A DNA stretch of 64,000 nucleotides from a virus: the UHGV virus genome UHGV-1451962; one strand, given 5' to 3'. Below the pieces are notes generated by a model. That model was given only the letters and a program-made list of their open reading frames with translations. It had not been told where the DNA came from and did no database searches. Positions 11,301 through 18,779 of the stretch are shown piece after piece. The translations under genes were made by a program, and so were the position numbers. Within the stretch, counting starts at the first letter, position 1, and every line of letters starts with the position of its first letter.

Positions 11301-13932
11301 AGTAGTAAGAAAATATAATGCTTTAGGTTCTAAGACCGCGCAGGAATCTTTTAAAGATACTCTTGATGCTGCAAAGAAAACACTTGATTTAAGAAAAGAA
11401 ATTCTAGAGCAGTATGAAAATGATCAAAAGCAAAGAGTTGAACTTTTAGAAAATATTGCTGAAGAGGCTAGAAAGAAATTTAATGAAAAATTAAGTAGTA
11501 TTAATGCTGTTATAGAAGTTAAATTAAAGATTAAAGATTTTAAAGATACTAATAGAGAAATAGGTAAAAATGTTGTTGAAGCTTTTGGCGATGCTGTTAA
11601 TTGGGGCAAAAAACCTGGACAAATTGATTTCTTTGGTATGCAAGATAACTTAGCTAAAGCTAAAGACTTAGAAGAACATATGAATCAAATATTTAATCTT
11701 ATGTCTGAGTCTGAAGATAGTGCTGATTTTGAAAGTGTTATAGATTCTTTAGAAGATTTACATGGTAATATTGCTGATACTGTTTCTGATTTAAAAGATT
11801 GGTTAGAAAATCTTAGAGAGTATTTAACTGATGTTATTGATGCAGCAGCTGACAGATTTGCACAATTTACTGATCAATTAGACCATAATGGTACTGTATT
11901 AGATTCAGTAAAAGAATTATTAGATTTACAAGGAATAACTTATAAAACTGGTAAGAATTTTGAACTTTTACAGAAAACTATTCAAGGAAGATTGGAAACA
12001 GCTACTTCTACTGCCAAATTACAAAAGCAATGGATGGAAAAAGCTGCGGAACAATTAGCGGAAGCAGAAAAAGCTTTGGCAGGAGTTACTGAAGAAGATG
12101 CAGCTTATGATACTCTTAAAAATAATCGTGATGCTTTATTAAAACAATTTAATGAATCTCAAGAAGCTATGTTAGATGCAGCTAAAGAAGCTATGGAAAC
12201 GGCAAGAGAGTATTATACTAATGCTATTGAGAAAGCTGCTTATGATTTTGAGCAAGCTATTAGTGGCGGAATGGGTTTAGAATTATTGCAGCAAAAATAT
12301 GATAATTTAATTAGTAAAGAAGAAAGATATTTAGATAAAGTTAATGAAACATATGAAGTAAGTAAATGGAATAGACAACTTCAAAAAGCAATAGATGAAG
12401 AAACTAATGAAGCTTCTAAGAATAGATTAAAAACATTACAAAAAGAAATTGAAGTAAGACGTGAAGGTAATAAATTATCTAAATATGATTTGGATATTTT
12501 AGAAGCAAAATATCAAATGACTCTTGCTCAAAATGCTTTGGATGAAGCTCAAAATGCTAAAAATTCAGTGCGGTTAGTCCGCAATGAATCCGGCAACTGG
12601 GATTATCAATTTACAGCTGATCAGTCTAAAATTGATGAAGCTACACAAAAGTATGAAGATGCGGCAAATAACTATTACAATATAGCAAAAGACCAAGTTA
12701 AAAATATGATGGATGAAATTCTGCGATTAAAACAAGATACTTTAGACCAAATTAAAGATGTTTATGAAGATGAAAGTTTAACTGAGGAAGAACGTGGAGA
12801 AAAGATTGCAGAAATTCGTAGAAATGCAAATGATAAAATCCTTTATATTCAGCAAGAATATCAAGTATCTTTAGAAGATATGACAGATGCAGGTGGAGAG
12901 ATAATTACAGAATATGGAAATACTTATAATGATGTAATGAAAATTATGGAAATGGGTACTTCTGACTTTACTGCATATTTTGAAACTGCTCTTGATGAAA
13001 TGGAAAATGCTGCTGATAATTACAATAGCACTATGGAAGAAGTCACTGGGACTACTGGTTCAAATGTAGATGCTTTAAAACAAATTATTGATGATACTAC
13101 CAAATCTACTCAAGATTTAACTACTGCGGGTACTCAAGCCGCAGATGCTGTTTGGAAGAAAATTGAAGAAGTTCGCCAAGCTTCAGAGCAATGGTCTAAT
13201 TATGCAGCGTGTGTACGTCAAGCATTAGATACTTTGTATGAAATGTCTAACTTTGTAACTACTAGAACAGTTGCCGCTTCTGTTGGTGATATGAAAGGGT
13301 ATAATTCTAATATTGACTATTCTTCTGTTATGAATGATTATTTAAGCCAAGGTGGACAAGTTGGAGATGAAATATTTAAGAGTTTAGAATATCAAAGATA
13401 TTTGAAAATTCTTGGAGAAAATTTTGAACAAGGTAAACAGTATATTTATTCTAATGAAGATTATTATAATAAGCAAAATGATCCAGAGTTTCAGAAATGG
13501 CTAAAAGATAATGGCGGAACTGGCAAATATGAGGATTTTGTTAAGAGTCATACAATAGGTTACGCAACAGGAGGCTATACTGGTTCTTTTGATAATGAAG
13601 ATGGTAAATTAGCATTTTTACATGAGAAAGAATTAGTTTTAAATCAAGAGGATACTGAAAATATTCTTTCTGCGGTTTCCGCGGTTAGAACATTAGGGCC
13701 TAATTTGTTTAAACAAATAGAAAGAATTTTGGATAATAATATAATGGCAGGGCAAAATTTATTAAATGCTCGTATGGCTAGTTCTACTACTGTTTCTAGT
13801 GATGGGCAAATAGTTGAACAGATAGTGCATATTCAAGCTGATTTCCCTGGTGTATCCAGTGCAGCAGAAATCGAAGCAGCTCTTAATAATATTGTTAATG
13901 ATGCGGCTCAATATGCTAGTATTAGAAAATAA
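5317..13932 (+). CDS. tail tape-measure protein (2871 aa)
   Basis: Giant ORF. The N-terminal third shows the TP901-type tape-measure core pattern (..TTDYTDAALIYYQQGL.., ..GTALKTIFARIQGL..). There is a central hydrophobic stretch (..FMALSKSMGALVSVYTG..GITIGVLALFAAGIVFAVKII..) and long E/K/Q-rich helical segments. It lies between the chaperone-like gene and the distal tail genes. Confidence 0.9.
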   Translation: MAKRLNYEVGFTGDTSQLKASLNDAVKALQKLGTSSTTQMTQGMREASKSALELANNLKTATNQETGKLDLVTFNRNLANSKMTISDYAKQLSQLGPTGQQAFMKVAQAVTSAELPMRRTNKVLDELWTTMKNTARWQLTSSALHGFMGALNTCVGYSKALDKSLNSIRIVTEQSAEQMADFAVQANSAAKNLSTTTTDYTDAALIYYQQGLNDKEVLDRTDITIKMANAANESAQVVSDQLTAVWNNFYDGSQSLEHYADAMVALGAATASSSDEIAGGLEKFASIADMIGLSFDYAASALATITATTRQSEDVVGTALKTIFARIQGLNLGETLEDGTDLNKYSEALSKVGVSIKDSNGDLRNMDAILDDIGAKWGTLTKDQQVALAQTVAGVRQYNQLVSLMDNWDFFEDNLKIAQNSEGELNKQADIYAESWEAARKRVKAAAEDIYDSILNPESIVAIDDVLTPFLSGIAQVVNALGGLKGIALVVGSVLTSVYSGKLVNGLQNFATNIQIMTGLQGKLTRSLQEQTVTEAENLDIIIGGNRALETEISLMREKVQLQGMINKYTKNYDQSQMLQVNQRVGVIDALRQQIMASAQKQTALLGEAEEFKTTILLDIEPKPGWEERFRQKILQFNTNMVNGPLKNLNSVFLFDEKDDITRTTEKVTASMQKLASQASSIEAVRRAYSNLNIDQKESAVVLQELIQKTGLWKAEMQNWSTPKLQEFLNNLGTQSIEASKGMQLLKQALMELSYSPEAIDQFINSIRRLAAEEHSAAEYTRLINEEIKKFTNSLQTGSIQSESGWAKTVVSMSNHLMNFGMTLSAVSNMGKVFKESMEGNITAGEAFIQIMTNLGMILMSGSSLFMALSKSMGALVSVYTGVNTSVAALTFVTKLNTAAEEGNIAAKIANVAITKLLTVSEGSLAAAMGITIGVLALFAAGIVFAVKIIDGLIVTQKEASQAIADATQNYTDQKSKLDELNSSLEQTRQKIEELESKDSLSLVEQDELANLKQQEASLERQADLRERIVKAKQAEMAYAIADNFDKKYDKTYKVEPKGRTGADTSNFKTQEDLDKWYNSLNSDQQAKALDQYQNWTQQIAEATAQMTSEVGEDLAELEQDYANYLGAVDSGAIVADPSKIADMQDKLAELRKLIYPTDNQYYEMVIRPVLDDESFDEVRDKIFRALSSGDIKGAGLALTDEMRSAIEAAGISVDDLFNQIAERMSQARETIKSEMGGTEEQLNKLTAEDWDIILTLDLENIGSFRELMKAIENAKNTDLKVKVDTSELDAAKDKIESLNTNEEPLEKALMSYKEQGYLTMDQTYELIKANEEYAQYIKKVGDEYVLTTQSLTDFTEMEKAEKLALDQAIEAMQNKGKVDRDYAQQYVDLYSSLIESSKNWSDQERADSGENFDKNTEALRRQAQAFQEGKISASEYFDAINQRVSETGDNFAKLSDGIDGLKESDYAKTMISSTTALADGFKDLISEVEAGGTNMQEYYAGAVKGTKALMNITAKSNKYITKTADGYKVVTDNIDDATKATQDYKDAQKKVQNLNTWEKQVDQAEGFKKAIDDITSYYDYLKNYLNDNNWLELPDNFDTTTTKFKNMCDTMAADIWSLKDTNAEAFSAIMAHMETENAGFDSSLITSQSQLASAMQGNATIASSAINGLAAQSQISIGTLCQIGGQLLQSLASAISSFSYTIQATGVVDNPGGIGLGGGLVDKIGALLTTGGKIPFEWDMPSAHIDLTGSGSGGSPMFSTTGSARAQKVNGSGKSNYIRSKDTGAASKGESSGLLENISKFGTALEEYGKQSVLSQGLKAFAPSGGGTGGRTLNPSGISTDNNRPSGGGGGKGKGGKGKGGGGKGKGGKGKGGGGGSGSDDSPEIEDEEIFDDRYHDINNRLEEQSQLLDKIDTAKDRAFGVKKLEKYKEKIEAINKEQELYKEKLKKTEEYLKEDLTDLQKNFSGVKLNIDSDSKALLNYEDLEKWAIEEYNKVVRKYNALGSKTAQESFKDTLDAAKKTLDLRKEILEQYENDQKQRVELLENIAEEARKKFNEKLSSINAVIEVKLKIKDFKDTNREIGKNVVEAFGDAVNWGKKPGQIDFFGMQDNLAKAKDLEEHMNQIFNLMSESEDSADFESVIDSLEDLHGNIADTVSDLKDWLENLREYLTDVIDAAADRFAQFTDQLDHNGTVLDSVKELLDLQGITYKTGKNFELLQKTIQGRLETATSTAKLQKQWMEKAAEQLAEAEKALAGVTEEDAAYDTLKNNRDALLKQFNESQEAMLDAAKEAMETAREYYTNAIEKAAYDFEQAISGGMGLELLQQKYDNLISKEERYLDKVNETYEVSKWNRQLQKAIDEETNEASKNRLKTLQKEIEVRREGNKLSKYDLDILEAKYQMTLAQNALDEAQNAKNSVRLVRNESGNWDYQFTADQSKIDEATQKYEDAANNYYNIAKDQVKNMMDEILRLKQDTLDQIKDVYEDESLTEEERGEKIAEIRRNANDKILYIQQEYQVSLEDMTDAGGEIITEYGNTYNDVMKIMEMGTSDFTAYFETALDEMENAADNYNSTMEEVTGTTGSNVDALKQIIDDTTKSTQDLTTAGTQAADAVWKKIEEVRQASEQWSNYAACVRQALDTLYEMSNFVTTRTVAASVGDMKGYNSNIDYSSVMNDYLSQGGQVGDEIFKSLEYQRYLKILGENFEQGKQYIYSNEDYYNKQNDPEFQKWLKDNGGTGKYEDFVKSHTIGYATGGYTGSFDNEDGKLAFLHEKELVLNQEDTENILSAVSAVRTLGPNLFKQIERILDNNIMAGQNLLNARMASSTTVSSDGQIVEQIVHIQADFPGVSSAAEIEAALNNIVNDAAQYASIRK
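10858..10956 (+). repeat. Gly/Lys low-complexity tandem repeat inside the tape measure
   Basis: Encodes GGGGGKGKGGKGKGGGGKGKGGKGKGGGGGSGS, which is two imperfect 36-nt units (GGGGKGKGGKGK). It is followed by an acidic run (DDSPEIEDEEIFDD). Confidence 0.9.
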
Positions 13933-13935
13933 TTT

Positions 13936-13968
13936 AAAGGGGAGAATTTTTCTCCCCTTTATTTTTTT
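13936..13968 (+). terminator. intrinsic terminator after the tape-measure gene
   Basis: AAAGGGGAGA (13936-13945) pairs with TCTCCCCTTT (13951-13960), then ATTTTTTT. The next gene starts only 19 nt later. Confidence 0.8.
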
Positions 13969-13986
13969 GAGAGAAAGGAGTTTATA

Positions 13987-16900
13987 ATGAATAATATATC
14001 AGAGCAAATTCTTCAAGCAGCTGATATTTTAGCGCAAAAAAGATTATCCGAATTAAAATATGATATAACAGTTCAAGGCACTGTTGAGTCTTTAGTTAAT
14101 TTAAATACTGGTGAATATAAAGTTAAATATAATGGTAATATATTTTCTGCTTTTAGTAATGATTTAAAAACTACTTATAGAATTGGAGATAATATTTATA
14201 TAAAAATTCCAGAAGGAGATTTTTCTAATAAAAAATTAATTGAAAATAAAGTTACTGATAAGTCTTTAACTGAAAATAATTTAAATGAGCTAGAAAATTC
14301 TGTTTCTCCTGTTGGGCCTACTTTTGATGTTTTTTATAATTATGACAAAATAAAAGAATATGGGGTAGTTGCAGGAGCACCCAAAGATGATAAATTGTCT
14401 ATTACAGAGATTTTCAACAGAGAAACTGTAAGTAATTTTTCCGATATTCCTTTTTTACAATATGCTAATAAATATGAATATATTAAAATTCAGGCCGATT
14501 TTTTAACACTCTTTAGTGATATTCATTCTGAGGGAAATTATGGCTTAGAATTGGCATTTTCATCTAATGGAGAAGATGTTTTTTATAGACTTGATGTTTC
14601 AAATTTTAATGGTAGTCCTTATTCTTTTAATACTTATAGCACGCAATCAGTTACTGTAAAAATACAAACAAAATTTTTAACTGGTTTAAAAAGTATTAAG
14701 TTATTTGAAGAAGGATTTCAATACGATAAATATTTATCTAATGGTGAATATATTTATTTAGATAAAGCAACAGGCAAAGAATTAATACATGATAATGAAA
14801 CCAATGAATATTATTATTTAAATGATAATAATGAAAAAATAATTGTAAATCAAGAGAATAGAATAGAAAAAATAAATGATAAATCACCGAATATTTTTGT
14901 TAAAAATATTCAAGTACAGTATGTAGAAGTAAAAAATTTAATAGACAATCTATATTATTTAAGAATTAAAACACCTAATGGTCAAATGTTTACAGACCAA
15001 ATAGATGAAATTACTTTACAAGGACAATTAATTTACAATGGCAATTCAGTTTTAACAGAAAAGAATAGTACCTGTTATTGGTATGAAAGAGATTATTCTG
15101 TGATGATAGGTGATGAGGCCTATGATAAAAATGTTGGTTTTGGATGGCGACCAATTTCCGCAAATTTTGATACTCTTGTTTTAAAAGATGAAGATGTGGT
15201 ATATAAAAAAGTATTAAAATTAATGGTAGTTTATTCTGATAATGTTGTAATGTCTGAAGAGATAGTTATTAGTAATTATAATACTGATTATAATTGTTGG
15301 CTAGAGCAATTAACTGTTGGAGATACTATTGATTTACATATTAAAAATAATAGAGATGAAGATGAATTAGTCGGTGATTGGTATTTATCTTTACCTGATG
15401 GAAGTTATCAAGAGGTACCTAATGGTAAACAAAAATCTGAAATAGAAGTTAAGCAATATCTTTTATATTCTGCTGTAACTTTTTATTGTAGTATTTATGA
15501 TAAAGATAGAAAAAATATTATTGCCACTGAAGAATATACAATCACTAATACTGAATCACAAGAAGATTTAAGTATAAAGTATATTGGAGAAGATTCTTTT
15601 AGATATGATTCTAATGGTGATATTACTATTGAGGATTCTGAAAAAGAACGTACTATTGAATGTCAATTTGCCTGGAAAGATGGAGTCGGCACTTCTTATG
15701 ATATGACATGGTATAGTCCAGATGGGAGTTTATTAACAACAGGTGAAAGAGTTAATCCTGTTGATTCAATGATAGAAAATCTCTGGGTTGACAAATATAA
15801 TATTTTGCATTATACTATTAAACAGAAGTATAAAATAAATTTTAACAATAATACTATTCAAATTAAAGTTACTACTTTAGACCAAAAGGAATATATTTTT
15901 AATAAAGAAATTCTTTTTGTTAAAGATGGTGATCAAGGTACTAATGGTACTACTTATATCGCAGCTATTCGTCCTTGTGATGATAATGGTATTAAATTAA
16001 GTGGTTTACAGCCTTTGGTTTTTAATCCTTTAACCAAAGAGCTTTTAGATGAACAAGAAAGGATTAGAAATGATAATACTCTTTCTAATGAAGAAAAAAT
16101 AAAACAAATTTTAGAAGTTAGAAAAAGAGGATGGAATACTTTAAAGTTAAGAGTGTATGTTTATAAAGATGGAGAATTAATCAATAATTTAAATGGTAAT
16201 AAATATACTATTAAATATGAATGGTCTGGGACAAATATAAAATTACCTGAAGCAGAAACTGATGATGAATATATTAGCATTTCCGGCAATAGTGATCCAG
16301 TTATAAACTTTTATTCTACTTCTGATAAATATGAATTTTATATAAAAATTAAAATAACTGTTAGAGAAAAAGCAGGAGATTCTACTGTTTATCTTTATTC
16401 TATTTATCCTATTGATGTTGCAGTTAATGGTTTTGAATATAATAGAGTTGACATAAATGAAATTCCTTCTTATATTAAATATAATTCTTCTGGTTTAAAT
16501 CCTTCTTTTTATAGTAATGCTTTAAAATATACTTTTGATGAAATAGATCAAACTAAATTAGTAGAATCATTAAATAAAGATATTTTAGTAATTGAAGATA
16601 AACAACAAAAGGAATCTGAAATTATAGATAGATATTTAGTACCTTCTTCTAATTTTATTTTTGAAAGAGATTCAGATAAAAATAATAGTAGTATTGGTAT
16701 TTTAAAATGCCCCGACCCGCAATATAATACTAGATATTTATTACACTCTATTGTTATGTATCTTGATACATATGGCAATGAAGCTATTAATGGCTGGGAT
16801 GGAACACAGTTAGATATAGATAACAAAGGCCAATATGTTTTTGCCCCGCAGGTTGGTGCAGGTACTAAAAATGAACAAAATCAATTTACCGGCGTTGTTA

Positions 16901-18306
16901 TGGGTAAAGATAGCGGGCAGAAAAAAATTGGTTTATATGGTTATCAAAATGGTATTACTACTTTTGGTTTAATGCAAGATGGTTCTGCATTTTTTGGTGC
17001 TTCTACTAGCGGAAGAATTAATATTGATGGAACAAAAGCAAATATTTATGGCGGTTTAACAGAAAATGGCGCAAATAGTATGAAATTAACTTTATCTGAT
17101 ATGCGGATGACTGGTAGTACAAAAGCTATTAATATTAATGATTCAAAAGGTGAATCTGCTTTTTATGTAACTTATAATGGTTATATGTATGCTAATAATG
17201 TTAAAATAAAAGGTAATGTTGAAGCAACCACTTTAACAGCAACTAAAAGCGGCAAGATAGCTGATTTTACTATTGATTCAACTGGATTAAGAGGAGGTTC
17301 AATTACTTGTAGAAATTTAGTTGCTAACACTGATGGAGAAATTGCTGGTTGGAAAATTACTGGGCAAAGTTTAAAAAGTCCTAACGCTTCAGTAAATCAG
17401 CCTTCTGAGGCGGGAGGAGTGCCAACTTGGACAGGCACTACTTTAAATAGTAGTGGACAAATTTATACTCAGAAATTATATGCAAGTGGTGGAGATATTG
17501 GTGGCTGGCAGATTAATTCTACTAATTTATACGGAAGTGCTGAAGGAAAATTTCAAAGTATTACTTATGATGATGAAGGTAATATGAGTGTATCTGAAAT
17601 AACAGGTATTAAATTTACTGAATTACAAAAAGGCGGCCAGATTAAAACCAATACAGTACAAATTTTTAGTGATCCACAAGCTGAAGGACAAATAGGGAAT
17701 TATATTGGATATATGGGTCTTGTCTACGGAAGCACTACCAGTAAAGATACTACATATAACATAGGTATATATAGTCTTACTGGTGCTCGTCTTGAAGCTA
17801 AAGGAGATATAGCAATAGCCGCAGGAAAAGGTAGTATTTGGATGCATGGTAATATAATGGCGAGAAAAGGTTTTTATTGTGGAAATAGTTCTAATATTGA
17901 TAATTTAGATAAAAAATTTCTTGTTGAAAATAGAATTATTAGACTGGGTGCAGAGACAGATGCTGACCAATTGTATATTAGAAGTTCTTGGTTAGTTTTA
18001 AAAGATGATGGAATGTCTATTAAAAAGCCTACAACAATTACAAAAGATGTAACAATTTCTGCTAATCAAAAATTAAGTTTGTCTGGAAATGGTTATATTT
18101 CAACTCCAACTATACAGACTGATAAAATTCAACCAGTGGGTAAAGAGACTGGTACAATAACAGTGAGTGGAACTATGAGCGGTAGTTTTAAGGGTAGTCT
18201 TTCTACATCAAGTGGTTATTATTATAATAGTAGTGGAGCTTACACAAAACTTTTAGCAGGTAGTATAATAGATGATAGTATTAAAGTTTTTGCTAAATTT
18301 TCGTGA
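13987..18306 (+). CDS. large tail-tip / central-fibre structural protein (1439 aa)
   Basis: SD AAAGGAGTTTATA-ATG, directly downstream of the tape measure. The C-terminal region has repeated ..GEIAGWKITGQSL.. / ..GDIGGWQINSTNLYG.. motifs of the kind seen in phage fibre and tail proteins (from memory). Confidence 0.6.
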   Translation: MNNISEQILQAADILAQKRLSELKYDITVQGTVESLVNLNTGEYKVKYNGNIFSAFSNDLKTTYRIGDNIYIKIPEGDFSNKKLIENKVTDKSLTENNLNELENSVSPVGPTFDVFYNYDKIKEYGVVAGAPKDDKLSITEIFNRETVSNFSDIPFLQYANKYEYIKIQADFLTLFSDIHSEGNYGLELAFSSNGEDVFYRLDVSNFNGSPYSFNTYSTQSVTVKIQTKFLTGLKSIKLFEEGFQYDKYLSNGEYIYLDKATGKELIHDNETNEYYYLNDNNEKIIVNQENRIEKINDKSPNIFVKNIQVQYVEVKNLIDNLYYLRIKTPNGQMFTDQIDEITLQGQLIYNGNSVLTEKNSTCYWYERDYSVMIGDEAYDKNVGFGWRPISANFDTLVLKDEDVVYKKVLKLMVVYSDNVVMSEEIVISNYNTDYNCWLEQLTVGDTIDLHIKNNRDEDELVGDWYLSLPDGSYQEVPNGKQKSEIEVKQYLLYSAVTFYCSIYDKDRKNIIATEEYTITNTESQEDLSIKYIGEDSFRYDSNGDITIEDSEKERTIECQFAWKDGVGTSYDMTWYSPDGSLLTTGERVNPVDSMIENLWVDKYNILHYTIKQKYKINFNNNTIQIKVTTLDQKEYIFNKEILFVKDGDQGTNGTTYIAAIRPCDDNGIKLSGLQPLVFNPLTKELLDEQERIRNDNTLSNEEKIKQILEVRKRGWNTLKLRVYVYKDGELINNLNGNKYTIKYEWSGTNIKLPEAETDDEYISISGNSDPVINFYSTSDKYEFYIKIKITVREKAGDSTVYLYSIYPIDVAVNGFEYNRVDINEIPSYIKYNSSGLNPSFYSNALKYTFDEIDQTKLVESLNKDILVIEDKQQKESEIIDRYLVPSSNFIFERDSDKNNSSIGILKCPDPQYNTRYLLHSIVMYLDTYGNEAINGWDGTQLDIDNKGQYVFAPQVGAGTKNEQNQFTGVVMGKDSGQKKIGLYGYQNGITTFGLMQDGSAFFGASTSGRINIDGTKANIYGGLTENGANSMKLTLSDMRMTGSTKAININDSKGESAFYVTYNGYMYANNVKIKGNVEATTLTATKSGKIADFTIDSTGLRGGSITCRNLVANTDGEIAGWKITGQSLKSPNASVNQPSEAGGVPTWTGTTLNSSGQIYTQKLYASGGDIGGWQINSTNLYGSAEGKFQSITYDDEGNMSVSEITGIKFTELQKGGQIKTNTVQIFSDPQAEGQIGNYIGYMGLVYGSTTSKDTTYNIGIYSLTGARLEAKGDIAIAAGKGSIWMHGNIMARKGFYCGNSSNIDNLDKKFLVENRIIRLGAETDADQLYIRSSWLVLKDDGMSIKKPTTITKDVTISANQKLSLSGNGYISTPTIQTDKIQPVGKETGTITVSGTMSGSFKGSLSTSSGYYYNSSGAYTKLLAGSIIDDSIKVFAKFS

Positions 18307-18324
18307 GAAAAAGGAGATAATAAA

Positions 18325-18684
18325 ATGACATTATTAAATGATGAAATTTATGGTTTATATGAAGCATTATATGAATTAAAAGAAAAAAATGAAATTTCTT
18401 TACCAGTTACTTTAGCTTATCAATTAGTTAGAAATATGCAAAAGTTAGAACCTTTGTATATGGCTATTGAAGAAGCTAGAAGAAATTTATTTAAAGTTTA
18501 TGTAGATGAAAATGATATTATACCAACTAATAAAATGAATGAAGTAAATCAAAAGCTTAGAGAATTAGGAATGATAAAAGAAGAGCTTGATTTATATATG
18601 GTTAGATTAAAGGATATATCATATATTAATTTACCTATTGATATTGTAAGAAAATTAATGCCAATTATTAAAGAGGACGATTAA
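18325..18684 (+). CDS. hypothetical protein (119 aa)
   Basis: SD AAAAGGAGATAATAAA-ATG. The stop lies inside the terminator hairpin loop. Confidence 0.55.
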   Translation: MTLLNDEIYGLYEALYELKEKNEISLPVTLAYQLVRNMQKLEPLYMAIEEARRNLFKVYVDENDIIPTNKMNEVNQKLRELGMIKEELDLYMVRLKDISYINLPIDIVRKLMPIIKEDD

Positions 18685-18706
18685 TCGTCCTCTTTTTCTT
18701 TTTATT
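18671..18706 (+). terminator. intrinsic terminator
   Basis: AAGAGGACGA (18671-18680) pairs with TCGTCCTCTT (18685-18694) around a TTAA loop, then TTTCTTTTTATT. Confidence 0.8.
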
Positions 18707-18779
18707 GGACAAGGATAGTTCATATTTTAAATTAAAAAATTAAAATAAATAGATAAATGAGATAAAGGAGTGTGATTTT

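Noticed and set aside
7663-11609. ORFs 7663..7866 (-), 10781..11026 (+) and 11424..11609 (-) inside the tape-measure gene
   Set aside because: These are nested or off-frame ORFs. 10781..11026 is simply the G/K repeat read in another frame (E/K/V repeats).
16548-17847. Antisense ORFs 16548..16826 and 17623..17847
   Set aside because: They are nested antisense within the 1439-aa tail gene, with no SD.
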